Shown in pieces: positions 39,986-51,016 of a stretch of 64,000 bases of DNA. This stretch comes from Isosphaeraceae bacterium (lineage in GTDB: Bacteria > Planctomycetota > Planctomycetia > Isosphaerales > Isosphaeraceae), in the NCBI GenBank assembly GCA_965201075.1, contig CBDAVP010000001.1, positions 62,001-126,000 of the forward strand. The letters are read 5' to 3'. The number at the start of each line of letters is the position of its first letter. Position 1 is the stretch's first letter. The notes under the pieces were generated by a model that saw only the letters and a list, made by a program, of their open reading frames with translations, had not been told where the DNA came from and made no database searches. The position numbers and the translations under genes were made by a program.

Positions 39986-42238
39986 TCACTTGCTTGTTGT
40001 CGAAGCGCCCAGAGTCCGAGTGGTGCGCGAGGCCGAGACGCGGATACTCAGGTTCCGAGAGCCAGACAGCGGCAGGTTCCAGGAAAAGCTCTTCGCGACC
40101 GGCGCGGTCGGGGCCTCCTCGGTCTCGAACGAAGCGGTGCGAACCGAGGCGTCGGCCTCGCGACGTCCGGCCAAGACAATCGCCTCGCGGTCGAGCAAGG
40201 TCCCCTGGGCTTCCTCGAGGTTGGTAATCGCCGTGTTGTACGTCGTCTTGGTGGTCGCCTCGTGGGCGGCGGCATCGTTCCAGGTGTGGATGGCGTCGAG
40301 ATAGTCGCCGAGGGTGGCGTGGCCAAGCTGGTACGACGCCTGCCGGGCTTCCAGCGTCTGGGCGGTTTCCTCGGCCAGACGGTGGGCTCGTTGGAACTCC
40401 CGATAGTCGGACTTGACCGCCAGGTAGAACCTCGCCAGTTGGTGAGTGGCGTGGTGAACAGCCGGAGGCGTGTTTCCCTTGGGTCCGGAGCCGGTGGGGG
40501 ATGTCCTGGATCGAAGGACGTCGGGCTGGTTGGCGTTCATCGCGGCCAGGCAATCTTCCCAAACCGGCTCGACCGGGGACTCAACCGGCAGGCTCACCGG
40601 AAGGATGCGGCGGGGGTCGTCGAGCTTGAGCGCGAGGATGTTGCGCAGTTGCCGTTCGGACCGGGCGACTTCGGCGGTCGCCTCGACCAGGTCGCGGCGG
40701 AGGGCCTCCAGCCGCCGATGCGCTTCGGTCGGTCCCGGAGTCGGCGGGACGCCTAACTCGCCGGGCACCGACGCGCTGCGAGCGACGGCCTCCTCGGCAA
40801 GTTCGGTGGCCAACTCCAGGTTCAAGGCCCGGCGTTGCCATTCACCCAGGTCCCAGTAAAGCTGGACGATCGAGCGGACCATCGCCATGACCTCGGCCTT
40901 GAACTGGTTCGGGTCAGTCTGGGCGATTGCGGCGATCACGATCCGAGAGTGACGCCCCTCGTCGCCCGGGTGGACGACCTTGGCGTTGCCGGAGCGGCCG
41001 ACGCCGAGGACTCCGAGGCGGATGGCCTCGGGCAGAGTCAGTTGCCAGTCGGGGGCCTTGGCGACCGACTCGACGGGAACTTCCACGTCACGACCGGGAT
41101 CGCCCGAGGGGGGCGCGACCGGGGCGGAAGAACCCGACTGGGGGCTAGCCTGGGGCGTCGGCCGCGGCTCGACCGACTCGTCGCTGGAGGTCGGCTTGAC
41201 CCCCTCGTCGTGCTTGGTCGGCGGGGCGAGCTGCCCCTCGGGCGTGAACCCTTGCGGCAGGGAGCGGGCCGGCGGCGAGGGAATCGGCAGGGTGTCGGCC
41301 TTCTCGACGACCTGGGTCGGAGACAGGGCCGGGGCGTCCTCGGCGGGCGTGGCATCGCCGGTCTTGGCCGGGTGCGCTTCGCCGCGAGCCTCGGCCACCC
41401 GGCAGGCCTCGTCCTGGGCCGGTTGCAGGTCGATGTCCTCGGGCAGCGGCGGCAGACTGGCGGGCCGGGCCACTGGGCCCTCGGCCGGGCACTCGTTGGA
41501 GGCCGAGGCGGCGTGAGCGCGGTCCTCGACGATCTCGATGACGGCCAGGCGCTCGCGGACGACCACCTTGCCGTCGTCGCCGGGCGCCGAGTGGGCCCCG
41601 AGGCTGACGACCACCACGCCGTCTCGGGGGATCAACCACTCGCCAACAACCCGGGCGTGGGCGAACTCGTTGACGAAGGCATCGCCGCGGTCGGAGGCCG
41701 AGGCGTCGTCGGTGGCCGCATCCTCGTGAGATTCGCCGCCCTGGAAGACCGTCGCGGGCAGTTTGCCACAGGCCGTCGACACGCCGGCGGCGGGGACGGC
41801 GTGGGTGGCCGTGACCCAGCGGGCCTCGACCTCGACGGCGGCCAGGACCCCCTGGTCGAGCCGACGACCGGTCAATTCGACGTGCAGGTCGTCGCCGGAG
41901 GGAGTGCCGTCGGAGCCCTCGACCGAGACCCGGCGGACGAGTTGGTCCAGGGGACCGGAGTCGCCCCGGACGAGTTCGGCGGTGGCCTCGGGACGGGCCG
42001 CGACGGTGTCGGTGGCGACGACCCGACCGGATTGGCGGCCCAGGGCGTGGGCCAGGGCGCGGTCGCCGGTCCAGATCGCATCGGCGCCAGGGCGCTCGAT
42101 CCGTCGGAGGTGCCCGGCCAGGGCCGATCGCCAGCCCAGACCTTCCATCTCCAGGACTTTCACCTGGTAAGCAATCGGCGCGTCGGCCTCCTCGGGCGTG
42201 GCGGCCATGGCGGCGAGCAGGAACAGCGCGGGGCTCAT
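39986..42238 (-). CDS. Exported protein with a C-terminal TolC/OEP-like helical domain
   Basis: AGGAGG RBS, short signal-like N-terminus, LTLPEAIRLG, QLYWDL, QLRNIL, ASYQLGHATLGDYLDA, NLEEAQGTLL. Confidence 0.65.
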   Translation of the reverse strand: MSPALFLLAAMAATPEEADAPIAYQVKVLEMEGLGWRSALAGHLRRIERPGADAIWTGDRALAHALGRQSGRVVATDTVAARPEATAELVRGDSGPLDQLVRRVSVEGSDGTPSGDDLHVELTGRRLDQGVLAAVEVEARWVTATHAVPAAGVSTACGKLPATVFQGGESHEDAATDDASASDRGDAFVNEFAHARVVGEWLIPRDGVVVVSLGAHSAPGDDGKVVVRERLAVIEIVEDRAHAASASNECPAEGPVARPASLPPLPEDIDLQPAQDEACRVAEARGEAHPAKTGDATPAEDAPALSPTQVVEKADTLPIPSPPARSLPQGFTPEGQLAPPTKHDEGVKPTSSDESVEPRPTPQASPQSGSSAPVAPPSGDPGRDVEVPVESVAKAPDWQLTLPEAIRLGVLGVGRSGNAKVVHPGDEGRHSRIVIAAIAQTDPNQFKAEVMAMVRSIVQLYWDLGEWQRRALNLELATELAEEAVARSASVPGELGVPPTPGPTEAHRRLEALRRDLVEATAEVARSERQLRNILALKLDDPRRILPVSLPVESPVEPVWEDCLAAMNANQPDVLRSRTSPTGSGPKGNTPPAVHHATHQLARFYLAVKSDYREFQRAHRLAEETAQTLEARQASYQLGHATLGDYLDAIHTWNDAAAHEATTKTTYNTAITNLEEAQGTLLDREAIVLAGRREADASVRTASFETEEAPTAPVAKSFSWNLPLSGSRNLSIRVSASRTTRTLGASTTSK

Positions 42239-42493
42239 CGAGCGACCTCCTTGCGCGGCGACAGCCGGGGCGTTCCGGGGCCCCGGCCGGCCCTCCCTGG
42301 GCGAGCGCGGCGCGGGATCATACGCGAGGTCCCACAAACGGTCAATTGCGCCCTTCGGCGAAGATCGCCCCCAACTTGAGCCGATCTTCGGGGTACTGGT
42401 CTCTTACGGTTTCGCCCCCCACGCGCTTCATTCCGGACGTTCGGGAGGGTAGGGTGGAATGCAATTGATGGAGCCCCACGGAGCGACCCGACG

Positions 42494-42817
42494 ATGCCGA
42501 CCCCCGACGAGCTGTACGACCAGGCCGTGACCCTCCGAGATTCCGGCGATAAGCCCGGCGCCATCGGCCTGCTGGATCAGGCCGTGGCCGAAGACCCGAA
42601 CTTCGTCATCGGTCACGGCATGCTCGCCAAGCTCCACGCCGACCTCGCCCAGGCCGACGAAGCCATCGCCCACGCCCGCAAGGTGGTCGAGCTCGAACCC
42701 GATGACACCTTCAGCTATACCGCCCTGTCGGTCATCTACCAGCGCTGTGGACGAATCGCCGAGGCCGAGGACGCCAAGGCCATCGCCTACAACAAGCAAC
42801 ACGGCCTGGACGATTGA
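42494..42817 (+). CDS. Small TPR protein
   Basis: AIAHARKVVELEPDD..SYTALSVIYQRCG TPR pattern. Confidence 0.85.
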   Translation: MPTPDELYDQAVTLRDSGDKPGAIGLLDQAVAEDPNFVIGHGMLAKLHADLAQADEAIAHARKVVELEPDDTFSYTALSVIYQRCGRIAEAEDAKAIAYNKQHGLDD

Positions 42818-42829
42818 TTTGACGCGGGT

Positions 42830-44227
42830 TCAGCCGTCGGCCGGCTTCTTCTTGCCGGATTTCTCGGGATGCTTGTACAGGTCGAGCTTGCGATAAAGGG
42901 TCCGCTCGCCGATGTCCAGCAGGCGGGCGGCCTCGTCGCGGTTGCCCTCGGTCAGTCGCAGGGTTTCCAGGATGTAATGCTTCTCGATATCGTCCATCGA
43001 CCGGCCCACAAGCTGGTCGTTGCCGGCGGGGTCGACCGTTGGGGGCGAGGCGGCCAGCAGGTCCTCGGTCAGGTCGTCCACGTCAAGCAGGCCGTCGGCG
43101 TCGATGACGACCATGCTCTCAATCGAGTTGCGCAACTCTCGGACGTTGCCCGGCCAGGAGTAGCCCATCAACGCCTTCCGGGCCGCCGGGGAGATCCCAC
43201 GCACCGGTTTGCCGTGGATCGCCGAGAACTCCTTGAGGAAGTGGTCCATCAGCAGCGGAATGTCTTCCCGCCTCGACCGCAAGGGGGGAAGCTTCACGCC
43301 GACGACCTTGATGCGCTCATAAAAGTCGCGGCGGAACTGACCCGCGTCGACCACCTCGGCCAGGTTGCGGTTGGTGGCCGAGACCAGGCGGACGTTGACC
43401 GGGATCGCCTCGTTCGAACCCATTCGTACCACTTCGCGAGTGTCCAAAACTCTCAGGAGTTTGACCTGAGTGGCCAGGGGGACCTCGCCCACTTCGTCGA
43501 GGAACAGGGTGCCGCCATTGGCATGCTCGATCCAGCCCTTGCGCTCGCGGTCGGCGCCGGTGAAGGCCCCCTTGACGTGGCCGAAGAGTTCGCTTTCCAG
43601 CACATTTTCGCTCAGGGCCGCGCAATTCAAGGGGACGAACGGCTTGTTGCGGCGGGGGCTGTTGACGTGGAGCGCCTTGGCGACCAGTTCCTTGCCGGTG
43701 CCGGTCTCTCCGGTGATCAAAACCGTGGCCGAGGTGGGCGCCACCTGCCGGAGCCGGACGATGAGGTCATGCATCGCCGGGGAGTTGCCCACGACCCCCT
43801 CGAATCCGAACCGCTCATCCAGTTGCTTGCGCAGTTCAATGTTTGACCGAGCGAGTCGGCGGGACTGAGCCCGCTTGTCGACGACGGTACGCAACTCGCC
43901 GATGTCCAGAGGCTTGACCAGATACGTCGCGGCGCCGGACTGCATGGCGCTGACGGCGGCCTTGGCGGTGTTGTAGCCAGTGAGGATGACGACCTCGGCC
44001 TCGGGAAGCTCCCGCTTGGCGGCCTGGAGGATCGCCATGCCGTCGATGTCGGCCATCAAAAGGTCGGTCAGGACAATGTCGAACTCCTGGGACTCGACCA
44101 ACCGCAGACCCTCGCGACCGCTGGTGGCCACGGCGCACTCGTAGCCAATGCGCTCCAGGCTCTCGGCCACGGCCTGCGCGTGCCCCTCGTCATCGTCCAC
44201 CACCAACACGCGGATTTGCTGGTCCAT
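42830..44227 (-). CDS. Sigma54-dependent response regulator (NtrC family)
   Basis: Receiver [36 protein letters not shown], Fis-type HTH. Confidence 0.95.
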   Translation of the reverse strand: MDQQIRVLVVDDDEGHAQAVAESLERIGYECAVATSGREGLRLVESQEFDIVLTDLLMADIDGMAILQAAKRELPEAEVVILTGYNTAKAAVSAMQSGAATYLVKPLDIGELRTVVDKRAQSRRLARSNIELRKQLDERFGFEGVVGNSPAMHDLIVRLRQVAPTSATVLITGETGTGKELVAKALHVNSPRRNKPFVPLNCAALSENVLESELFGHVKGAFTGADRERKGWIEHANGGTLFLDEVGEVPLATQVKLLRVLDTREVVRMGSNEAIPVNVRLVSATNRNLAEVVDAGQFRRDFYERIKVVGVKLPPLRSRREDIPLLMDHFLKEFSAIHGKPVRGISPAARKALMGYSWPGNVRELRNSIESMVVIDADGLLDVDDLTEDLLAASPPTVDPAGNDQLVGRSMDDIEKHYILETLRLTEGNRDEAARLLDIGERTLYRKLDLYKHPEKSGKKKPADG

Positions 44228-44504
44228 CGCCGAGCCCAAGGTTGGGCCGCCTCCCCTCTCGCGGCCGATCCGGATTGTAGCGGCTTGGCGAAAGACTGTC
44301 GAACAGGCCCCGGCCGAACTCACCCGGAGATCCACCACAAAAGATCACATTTTGAATCCTCGATTCCCCAGTCCTCCTGGGGAATGGTCCCGGTTGCCGC
44401 TCCCGCGTCGCGTCAAAACCTGGGACGATTCGGGCCGCGGAGTGGCCGGAGAGGGCATACTCCCGAAGGACCGGGGGAACGAGAAATCCCTATCCTCCCT
44501 CACT

Positions 44505-45113
44505 TCAGACGGCCGGGCCGAAGGCAATCGCGGTCAAGATCCCGAAGATTTTCCGGGCCATCTGGATCGGGTACTCGACCACGCCGACCCACGCCGAGAT
44601 CCCCTCCAGCCGGAGGAACCGCCAGAGGACGCCCGTGGTGACGACCCCGAAGATCGGCCCTGCGGGAGCGCCCGCGCGCTCGTTGAAGCGGGCGGCGGCG
44701 ACCATCTCGGCCAGGCATTGGGGGAGATCCGCCACGATGTTCTCGTTCTTGGCCTCCACCAGCACGCAGACCGGGGCGGTGAGCGTCAGTTGCTCGGGGT
44801 TGCTCGACAAGATGTAGTCGCAACGCCCCTTGAGCCCGGCCGCCTCGTCGACGTTGAACTCCACGCCCGAAAACAGCCCCACGCGCTCTCGGTGCAACAG
44901 CTTGAACTCGACCAAGATCGGGGCGATGACCAACTCCGACCGGGCCTTCTCGGTGTTCAAATTCACTGCCAACGGAAGGTAGCGGGGCAGCAGGGCCGCC
45001 AGGGTCAGCGGCAGGTCGGCTTCGGGCGTGCTGGAGAAAAGATCGGCCGACTCCCCGAGGGTCAGGCCAAACCGTTGCTTCAGCTCGGGGATGGTGAAGT
45101 CGCTACAGGCCAG
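44505..45113 (-). CDS. Hypothetical protein with PD-(D/E)xK-like motifs, probable CTG start
   Basis: CDYIL...LVEAKNE, GVVTTG.LWRFL; frame stays open 47 codons upstream of the track start 44972 to CTG-GCC-TGT-AGC-GAC-TTC behind GGAG. Confidence 0.65.
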   Translation of the reverse strand: MACSDFTIPELKQRFGLTLGESADLFSSTPEADLPLTLAALLPRYLPLAVNLNTEKARSELVIAPILVEFKLLHRERVGLFSGVEFNVDEAAGLKGRCDYILSSNPEQLTLTAPVCVLVEAKNENIVADLPQCLAEMVAAARFNERAGAPAGPIFGVVTTGVLWRFLRLEGISAWVGVVEYPIQMARKIFGILTAIAFGPAV

Positions 45114-45123
45114 GCCCGCTCCA

Positions 45124-45879
45124 TCATTCCAGCCGCAGGGGCAGGCGGATGGTGAACTTCGAGCCCCGGCCCGGCTCGCTCTCCACGGCGATCGCTCCGC
45201 CGTGGGATTCGACGATCCGCCGGGTGGTCGGCAGGCCCAGGCCCGAACCCTTGGGCCTGGTGGAGAAGAACGGGTCGAAGACGCGGGGCAGGGCCTCGGG
45301 GGCGATTCCCTGGCCGGTGTCGATGACCTCCAGCACCGCGTCGTTGGCGTCCCGGTGGGTCTGGATGATCAACTCTCCACCGTCGGGCATGGCGATCTGG
45401 GCGTTGCGGATCAGGTTCAACAGCGCCTGCTTGAACAGTTCGGCGTCGAGGGGCAGGGGGGGCAGGTCGGGGTCGTAGTGGGATCGGGTGACGATGCCAC
45501 TTTCGAGTCCCATCGCCTCGCAAAAGTCGCGGACCTCCTCGACCACGCCGTTCAGGTCGGTCGGGCGGCGGCGGGGCTCCTGGGCCCGGACGAAGCGGAG
45601 GAAGTCCTCAAGGATGTTTTCCAGGCGGTGAGACTCGACCCGCAAGCGGTCGATCTTGCGCAGGGCGCGCTGCTCTCGGGGGTCCTCGGCGTCGGCGAAA
45701 TCCTCGGCCAGGAGGTCGAGGTTGAGCCTCATCGTCGAGAGGGGGTTGCGAATCTCGTGGGCGAGACCACCGGCCAGGGCCGAGACTTCCAGGCACTGGG
45801 CTCGAAGGCGACGCACCGCGTCGGGGCCATCGGCCTCGGCCAGAAAGTCTTCGGAGGCCATCAGGGTCGATTCCGGCAC
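45124..45879 (-). CDS. Cytoplasmic histidine kinase (HisKA + HATPase, no sensor domain)
   Basis: LAHEIRNPL, NLIRNA, DTGQGI, FDPFFSTRPKGSGLGL. Start 45879 or 45861. Confidence 0.92.
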   Translation of the reverse strand: MPESTLMASEDFLAEADGPDAVRRLRAQCLEVSALAGGLAHEIRNPLSTMRLNLDLLAEDFADAEDPREQRALRKIDRLRVESHRLENILEDFLRFVRAQEPRRRPTDLNGVVEEVRDFCEAMGLESGIVTRSHYDPDLPPLPLDAELFKQALLNLIRNAQIAMPDGGELIIQTHRDANDAVLEVIDTGQGIAPEALPRVFDPFFSTRPKGSGLGLPTTRRIVESHGGAIAVESEPGRGSKFTIRLPLRLE

Positions 45880-46027
45880 GGTCGCCTCTCGGGGCGGGGG
45901 TCCGGGTCCGACAGTGGATCGCGACAGGTTCAACGGACAGCCCGCCCGCCGGGGGTCGCCAGCGGGCGGGCCAGGATTTCACGGTGCGACCCAGAGAGAG
46001 TCGCATCGCTGGAGACGATTCCTCGGC

Positions 46028-48307
46028 TCAGTTGCGCCGGGGACCACGGTCGCCACCACCACCAGGGCCACGGTCGCCGCCGGGACCGCCGGGACCCACG
46101 GGTCCTCGACGGGGCGGGCCTCCGGGTCCGCGGTCGCCACCGCCGCCCATGCCTCCCGCGGGCCGTTCGGCTCCGGCGTTGGGGTCGTCGATTCCACGCT
46201 CGGCCATCGCGACCTTGCGGGAGAGCTTGACGCGGTCCTGATCGTCGACGGCGATGACCTTGACGAGCATCGGGTCGCCGACCCGGCAGATGTCGGTGAC
46301 GCTGCCGACGTAGCCGTCGGACAGTTCGCTGATGTGGACCAGGCCGTCCTTGCCGGGCAGAATCTCGACGAAGGCGCCGAAGTCCTTGATGGCGGTGACA
46401 CGCCCTTCGTAGATGCCGCCGGGCTTGACCCCTTCGGTCATCGCCTGGATGCGGTCTCGGCAGGCCTCGGCCCCCTCACCGGTGGGGCTGGAGATGCTGA
46501 CGATGCCGCTGTCCTCGATGTCGATCTTGGTGCCGGTCTCTTCCTGGAGGCGACGGATCGTCTTGCCCCCGGGGCCGATGACCAGGCCGATCTTTTCGGG
46601 GTTGATCTGGATCTGGATCAGCCGCGGGGCGTTGACCGAGATTTCATCGCGGGGACGCTTGATCGCCCGCAGCATCGTGCGGAGGATTTCCAGGCGGGCC
46701 TCGCGGGCCTGGTCCAGCGTTTCGCGGATGACCTGCTCGGTGATGCCGAGGTTCTTCAGGTCAAGCTGAATGCCCGTGACGCCTCGTTGGGTGCCGGCGA
46801 CCTTGAAGTCCATGTCGCCGAAGTGGTCCTCGTCGCCGATGATGTCGGTCAACAGAACGAACCGGCCCGTGGCTTCATCCTGGACCAGGCCGATCGAGAT
46901 GCCGCCGACCGGGTCGGTGATCGGCACGCCGGCGTCCATCAGGCTGAGGGTCGCCCCGCAGACCGAGGCCATCGAGCTCGATCCGTTGGATTCGAGGATG
47001 TCGCTGACACAGCGGATGGTGTAGGGGAACTCGGTGGCAGGCGGCAGAATCGGGGCGACGCAGCGCTCGGCCAGGGCTCCGTGGCCAATCTCTCGACGAC
47101 CGGGTCCGCGAATCGGGCGGACCTCGCCGACGGCGAACGACGGCATGTTGTAGTCGAGCATGAACTTCTTGGTATATTCCTCCATGATCCCGTCGACCCG
47201 CTGCTCGTCCGCCGAAGTGCCCAGCACGGTCGTCACCAGGGCCTGGGTCTCGCCGCGTTGGAACAGGGCCGAACCGTGGGCGCGGGGCAGCAGGCTCACC
47301 TCGCAGGCGATCGGCCGCAGGTCCTTGGGGCCGCGACCGTCGGGCCGCTGCCCGTCCAAAATCAGGGCGCGGACGACCCGCTCCTCGACCTGATGGAAGG
47401 CCGACTTCACCGCACTGGGGTGAACCGCACCAGAACCATCGGTGGGAGAGAACTCGGCGAGAATGCGTCCCAGCAGGTCCTTCACGGCCGACTTGCGCTC
47501 GGCCTTGACGTGGATCTGCATCAGGCCGCGCAGGTCACTGCCAAACCGCTCGTGGAGGTTGGCGACCAGGGGGTCATGAGCCGGCTCGGGGTGGACCATC
47601 GGCGGCAGGCCGGCGGCCTCTCGCAACTCGTGCTGGGCGGCGATGAGTTCCTGATTGAGCCGATGGGCCTCCAGAATCGCCGCGGCCATCTCGGGCTCGG
47701 GCAGCTCCTGACCGAACCCCTCGATCATCACCACGGCCTTGCTGGTGCTGGCCACCACCAGGTCGAGGTCACTACGAGACATTTCCTCGGCGGTCGGGAA
47801 CGGGACGAGTTGGCCGTCGATCCTCGCCAGACGAATCGCGCCGACGGGCCCGAGGAACGGGACGTCCTTGGCCAGGACCAACGACGCCGAGGCGCCGGTG
47901 ACCGACAGAATATCGGGGTCGTTGACACGGTCGGCCGAGATCGGCCCGGCCTGAATCTGCACCTCGTCCCGGAAGTGGGACGGGAACAGGGGACGCAGGG
48001 GCCGGTCAATGAGGCGGGAGGTCAGGATCTCCTTGGTGGAGGGCCGACCTTCCCGCTTGATGAACCCGCCGGGGAACTTGCCCGCGGCGTAGACCTTTTC
48101 TCGGTAGTCCACGGTGAGGGGGAAGAAGTCGATCCCCTCTCGGCCGGGTCCGGAAACGGTGGCGACCAGGCTCATGGTCTCGCCCAGGCGGACGACCACG
48201 GCGCCGCTGGCCTGCTTGGCGAAGCGGCCGGTCTCAAACGTGATGGTTTTGCCGGCGAAGACGCGCTCGACGGTGACGGGCTTTCGAGCCCCAAACGACG
48301 TACTCAA
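46028..48307 (-). CDS. pnp: Polyribonucleotide nucleotidyltransferase
   Basis: [36 protein letters not shown] and S1 domains; TTG start 48307. Confidence 0.97.
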   Translation of the reverse strand: MSTSFGARKPVTVERVFAGKTITFETGRFAKQASGAVVVRLGETMSLVATVSGPGREGIDFFPLTVDYREKVYAAGKFPGGFIKREGRPSTKEILTSRLIDRPLRPLFPSHFRDEVQIQAGPISADRVNDPDILSVTGASASLVLAKDVPFLGPVGAIRLARIDGQLVPFPTAEEMSRSDLDLVVASTSKAVVMIEGFGQELPEPEMAAAILEAHRLNQELIAAQHELREAAGLPPMVHPEPAHDPLVANLHERFGSDLRGLMQIHVKAERKSAVKDLLGRILAEFSPTDGSGAVHPSAVKSAFHQVEERVVRALILDGQRPDGRGPKDLRPIACEVSLLPRAHGSALFQRGETQALVTTVLGTSADEQRVDGIMEEYTKKFMLDYNMPSFAVGEVRPIRGPGRREIGHGALAERCVAPILPPATEFPYTIRCVSDILESNGSSSMASVCGATLSLMDAGVPITDPVGGISIGLVQDEATGRFVLLTDIIGDEDHFGDMDFKVAGTQRGVTGIQLDLKNLGITEQVIRETLDQAREARLEILRTMLRAIKRPRDEISVNAPRLIQIQINPEKIGLVIGPGGKTIRRLQEETGTKIDIEDSGIVSISSPTGEGAEACRDRIQAMTEGVKPGGIYEGRVTAIKDFGAFVEILPGKDGLVHISELSDGYVGSVTDICRVGDPMLVKVIAVDDQDRVKLSRKVAMAERGIDDPNAGAERPAGGMGGGGDRGPGGPPRRGPVGPGGPGGDRGPGGGGDRGPRRN

Positions 48308-48468
48308 ATTTCCACCTACCTCGGGCGTTGCCGGGGGGCGGATCGCGGGCGATGAGACCGGGAGAACAGAACGGGACGGGAGACGCCCCATCCGCCTGAC
48401 CCGCCCCGGACCCAATCCGTGAAGGACCGGAGGCCAGGGTCGCGACCAGGGCGAAAGTGGCTTGCGTC

Positions 48469-48738
48469 TTACTTGCGGATGCCCAGTCGACCGATGACGT
48501 CCAGGTAACTCTTGCGGTCGTTGAGCCTGAGATACTTCAGAAGGCTGGAACGCTTGGAGACCATCATCAGCAGCCCTCGGCGGCTGGCATGGTCCTTGGC
48601 GTGGGCCTTGAAGTGGGAAGTCAGGTCATTGATGCGGGCCGTCAGCAAGGCGATTTGCACCTCGGGCGAACCCGTATCCTGGGCAACGCGGCCGAACGAA
48701 CCGATGATCTCCGTCTTCTGATCTCTGGTAATCGCCAT
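48469..48738 (-). CDS. rpsO: 30S ribosomal protein S15
   Basis: [23 protein letters not shown]; 89 aa; upstream of pnp. Confidence 0.98.
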   Translation of the reverse strand: MAITRDQKTEIIGSFGRVAQDTGSPEVQIALLTARINDLTSHFKAHAKDHASRRGLLMMVSKRSSLLKYLRLNDRKSYLDVIGRLGIRK

Positions 48739-48805
48739 CACGAACCCCGCGGCCACGGCCAGTCTTCAAGGGAATGGGGGTGTTTCCTACTCGGTTGAGG
48801 CTCCC

Positions 48806-48834
48806 AGCATAGGAACTCCCGCCGCCCGACGCAA
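48806..48834 (-). promoter_or_regulatory. Sigma70-type promoter for rpsO-pnp
   Basis: Minus strand TTGCGT-17 nt-TATGCT. Confidence 0.5.
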
Positions 48835-48960
48835 GGCCCCACGGGCGAATCCGGCCGATCGCCGCCGATCGCCGGACGTCGAACCCTTCTTGGGGCGGAA
48901 CCACGGGCTCGCGTAATCGGGCTGGGACGTCACCGAGGCCCAGGCGTGGGCACGTCGTGG

Positions 48961-49857
48961 TCAGCCCAGATCCTCGGCCGGGTCGACCGCGACGATCGTC
49001 AGGCCGTACTTCTCGGCCAGGGCGACGACCTCGTCCTGGTCGATCACGATCGTCTTGCCCGCCTCGATCGCCAGGCAGCGAGCCCCGGCCTTGCGCAGAT
49101 TCTCCACCGTCGAGACGCCCACCGTCGGCACGTCGAACCGCATGTCCTGCTGAGGCTTGGCGACCTTGACCAGGGTCCAACCCCCGGACCGACATAGGGT
49201 TCCGGCGCGTTCGATGCAGCGGTCGGTCCCCTCGATCGCCTCGACGGCCAGCGCCGCGCGTTCCTTGACGGCGACCGACTGGCCGACGTCCAGGCCCCCC
49301 ATCGCCTTGGCCAGGCTCCAACCGAAGGCGATGTCCTGACGCTCGGAGGCCGAAGGGCCCCGGCGGGTCAATGTGCCATGCTTCACGAGTAACTCCGGGC
49401 AATAGTCCAACGCCGAGGCGAACCCGATCCCATCCCGGGCGAATTCGGCGATGACACCCAGCAAGATCGAGTCATCCCGCTTGTCGTGGCGGCAGGTTCG
49501 ATACCACATGTGCATCATGCGGGCGTCGGGCATCAGGCGGACGAACCGCATCGGCGTGTACATGACGTTCTTGGTGACCTTGCCGGCCATCACGACATGA
49601 CGCACACCCTGACGCCCCAAGACGCGGATCATCCGGCCCAGCTTGGTCACGCCCACCGGCTCAAACGTCGTGCAAAGCTCGCGAAGGACGTCGCTGGCCT
49701 CGTAGCGGATACCCACGCACGCCACGGGCAACCCTTGCCGCTGAGCCGCCTCGGCGAACAGGATCGGAAACCGCCCGCTGCCGGCGATCAGCCCGATCGG
49801 GGCCACCGGCGGAGCGGCCACCCGGCGAGTGGTCGGAGGTTTGAGCAGAATCGACAC
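48961..49857 (-). CDS. lpxI: LpxI/DUF1009 family UDP-2,3-diacylglucosamine diphosphatase
   Basis: GLIAGSGRFP, LDVGQSV, AVEAIEGTD, KPQQDMRFDVPTVG; GAAGGAG before GTG. Confidence 0.88.
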   Translation of the reverse strand: MSILLKPPTTRRVAAPPVAPIGLIAGSGRFPILFAEAAQRQGLPVACVGIRYEASDVLRELCTTFEPVGVTKLGRMIRVLGRQGVRHVVMAGKVTKNVMYTPMRFVRLMPDARMMHMWYRTCRHDKRDDSILLGVIAEFARDGIGFASALDYCPELLVKHGTLTRRGPSASERQDIAFGWSLAKAMGGLDVGQSVAVKERAALAVEAIEGTDRCIERAGTLCRSGGWTLVKVAKPQQDMRFDVPTVGVSTVENLRKAGARCLAIEAGKTIVIDQDEVVALAEKYGLTIVAVDPAEDLG

Positions 49858-49930
49858 CGAGGCACTCCTTCGCCTGACTCTCGGAACCCCGAAATCCGCG
49901 TCTCCCGGACCACCTATCGACACGACCGAT

Positions 49931-51016
49931 TCAAAAGCCGGTAGGATCTTCCTCGGACCCCGAGACCGGAGGCAGCGCGGCGCTCAGCAGGGCGATTTGC
50001 GACGTCAACTCACGAAGCTGGCGGTGCATCTCGGGCAGACGAGCGATCATGGCGAAGATGTGCCGCTGCTCCTTGACGGGGATCGCCGGAGAGCCCAGCA
50101 CCCGTTGGCCCGAGGGGATGTTGCGGTGGACCCCCGCCTGAGCGCCAACCACCACGCGGTCGCCCATCTCGGTGTGGTCCTTGATCCCCGCCTGACCAGC
50201 CATCACCACGTAGTCGCCGGTTTTGCAACTGCCGGCGATGCCCACCTGACCGCACAGGAGGTTGTGCCGGCCGATCTGGTTGTTATGGCCGATCATGACG
50301 AGGTTGTCGATCTTCGAGCCGGCGCCGATCGAGGTGGCCTCGAACGTGCCGCGGTCGATCGTGCAGTTGGCGCCGACCTCGACGTCGTCGCCCACCTCGA
50401 CACGGCCGGTCTGGGGGACCTTGACGTGGCGGCCCTCGACCAAACGATAGCCGAAGCCGTCGCCGCCGAGAACCGTGCCGGCGTGAACCTCGACGCGGTC
50501 GCCCAGGGTCACGTCTTCATAAAGGACCGCGTGGGGATGCAGCACGACCTCGCGGCCCAGGGTGCAGCGGTCGCGGACGACGGCTCCCGGGTGCAAGGTA
50601 CAGCCGTCGCCGATTTTCACTCCATCACCGACGTAGGCGAACGGGTAGATCGCCACCCCCTCGCCGATCTGGGCCGAGGGGGCAACCCAGGCCATCGGGT
50701 GGATGCCGGTCCAGCGCGGCTTGGCCTCGCCTCGCAGGTGGGCTCTCACGGCGAGGAAGGCAGTCAGGGGGTCGTCGACTTCGATGACCGGCAGGGGCGG
50801 GGGCGTCGCGGCGGCTTCCCGGCGAAAGTGGGGGCCGACGATCGCCGCCGAGGCGGGCGAGGTTCGCAGGCGCTTGGCGTAGCGCTCGTCCTCGATGAAG
50901 GTGATGTCGCCCGGTCCCGCCTCGGCCACGGGCCGGGCCGCGGAAATCGGCACGCGACCGTCGCCGACCAGGTGTCCCCGGACCAGCGCCGCCAGTTCTT
51001 CCACGGTGGCGACCAC
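49931..51016 (-). CDS. lpxD: UDP-3-O-acylglucosamine N-acyltransferase
   Basis: DGFGY, KVPQTG, IDRG, KIDNLVMIGHN, hexapeptide repeats. Confidence 0.95.
   Translation of the reverse strand: MVATVEELAALVRGHLVGDGRVPISAARPVAEAGPGDITFIEDERYAKRLRTSPASAAIVGPHFRREAAATPPPLPVIEVDDPLTAFLAVRAHLRGEAKPRWTGIHPMAWVAPSAQIGEGVAIYPFAYVGDGVKIGDGCTLHPGAVVRDRCTLGREVVLHPHAVLYEDVTLGDRVEVHAGTVLGGDGFGYRLVEGRHVKVPQTGRVEVGDDVEVGANCTIDRGTFEATSIGAGSKIDNLVMIGHNNQIGRHNLLCGQVGIAGSCKTGDYVVMAGQAGIKDHTEMGDRVVVGAQAGVHRNIPSGQRVLGSPAIPVKEQRHIFAMIARLPEMHRQLRELTSQIALLSAALPPVSGSEEDPTGF

Noticed and set aside
45656..48355. 899-aa plus-strand ORF
   Set aside because: Antisense shadow of pnp from high-GC codon bias.
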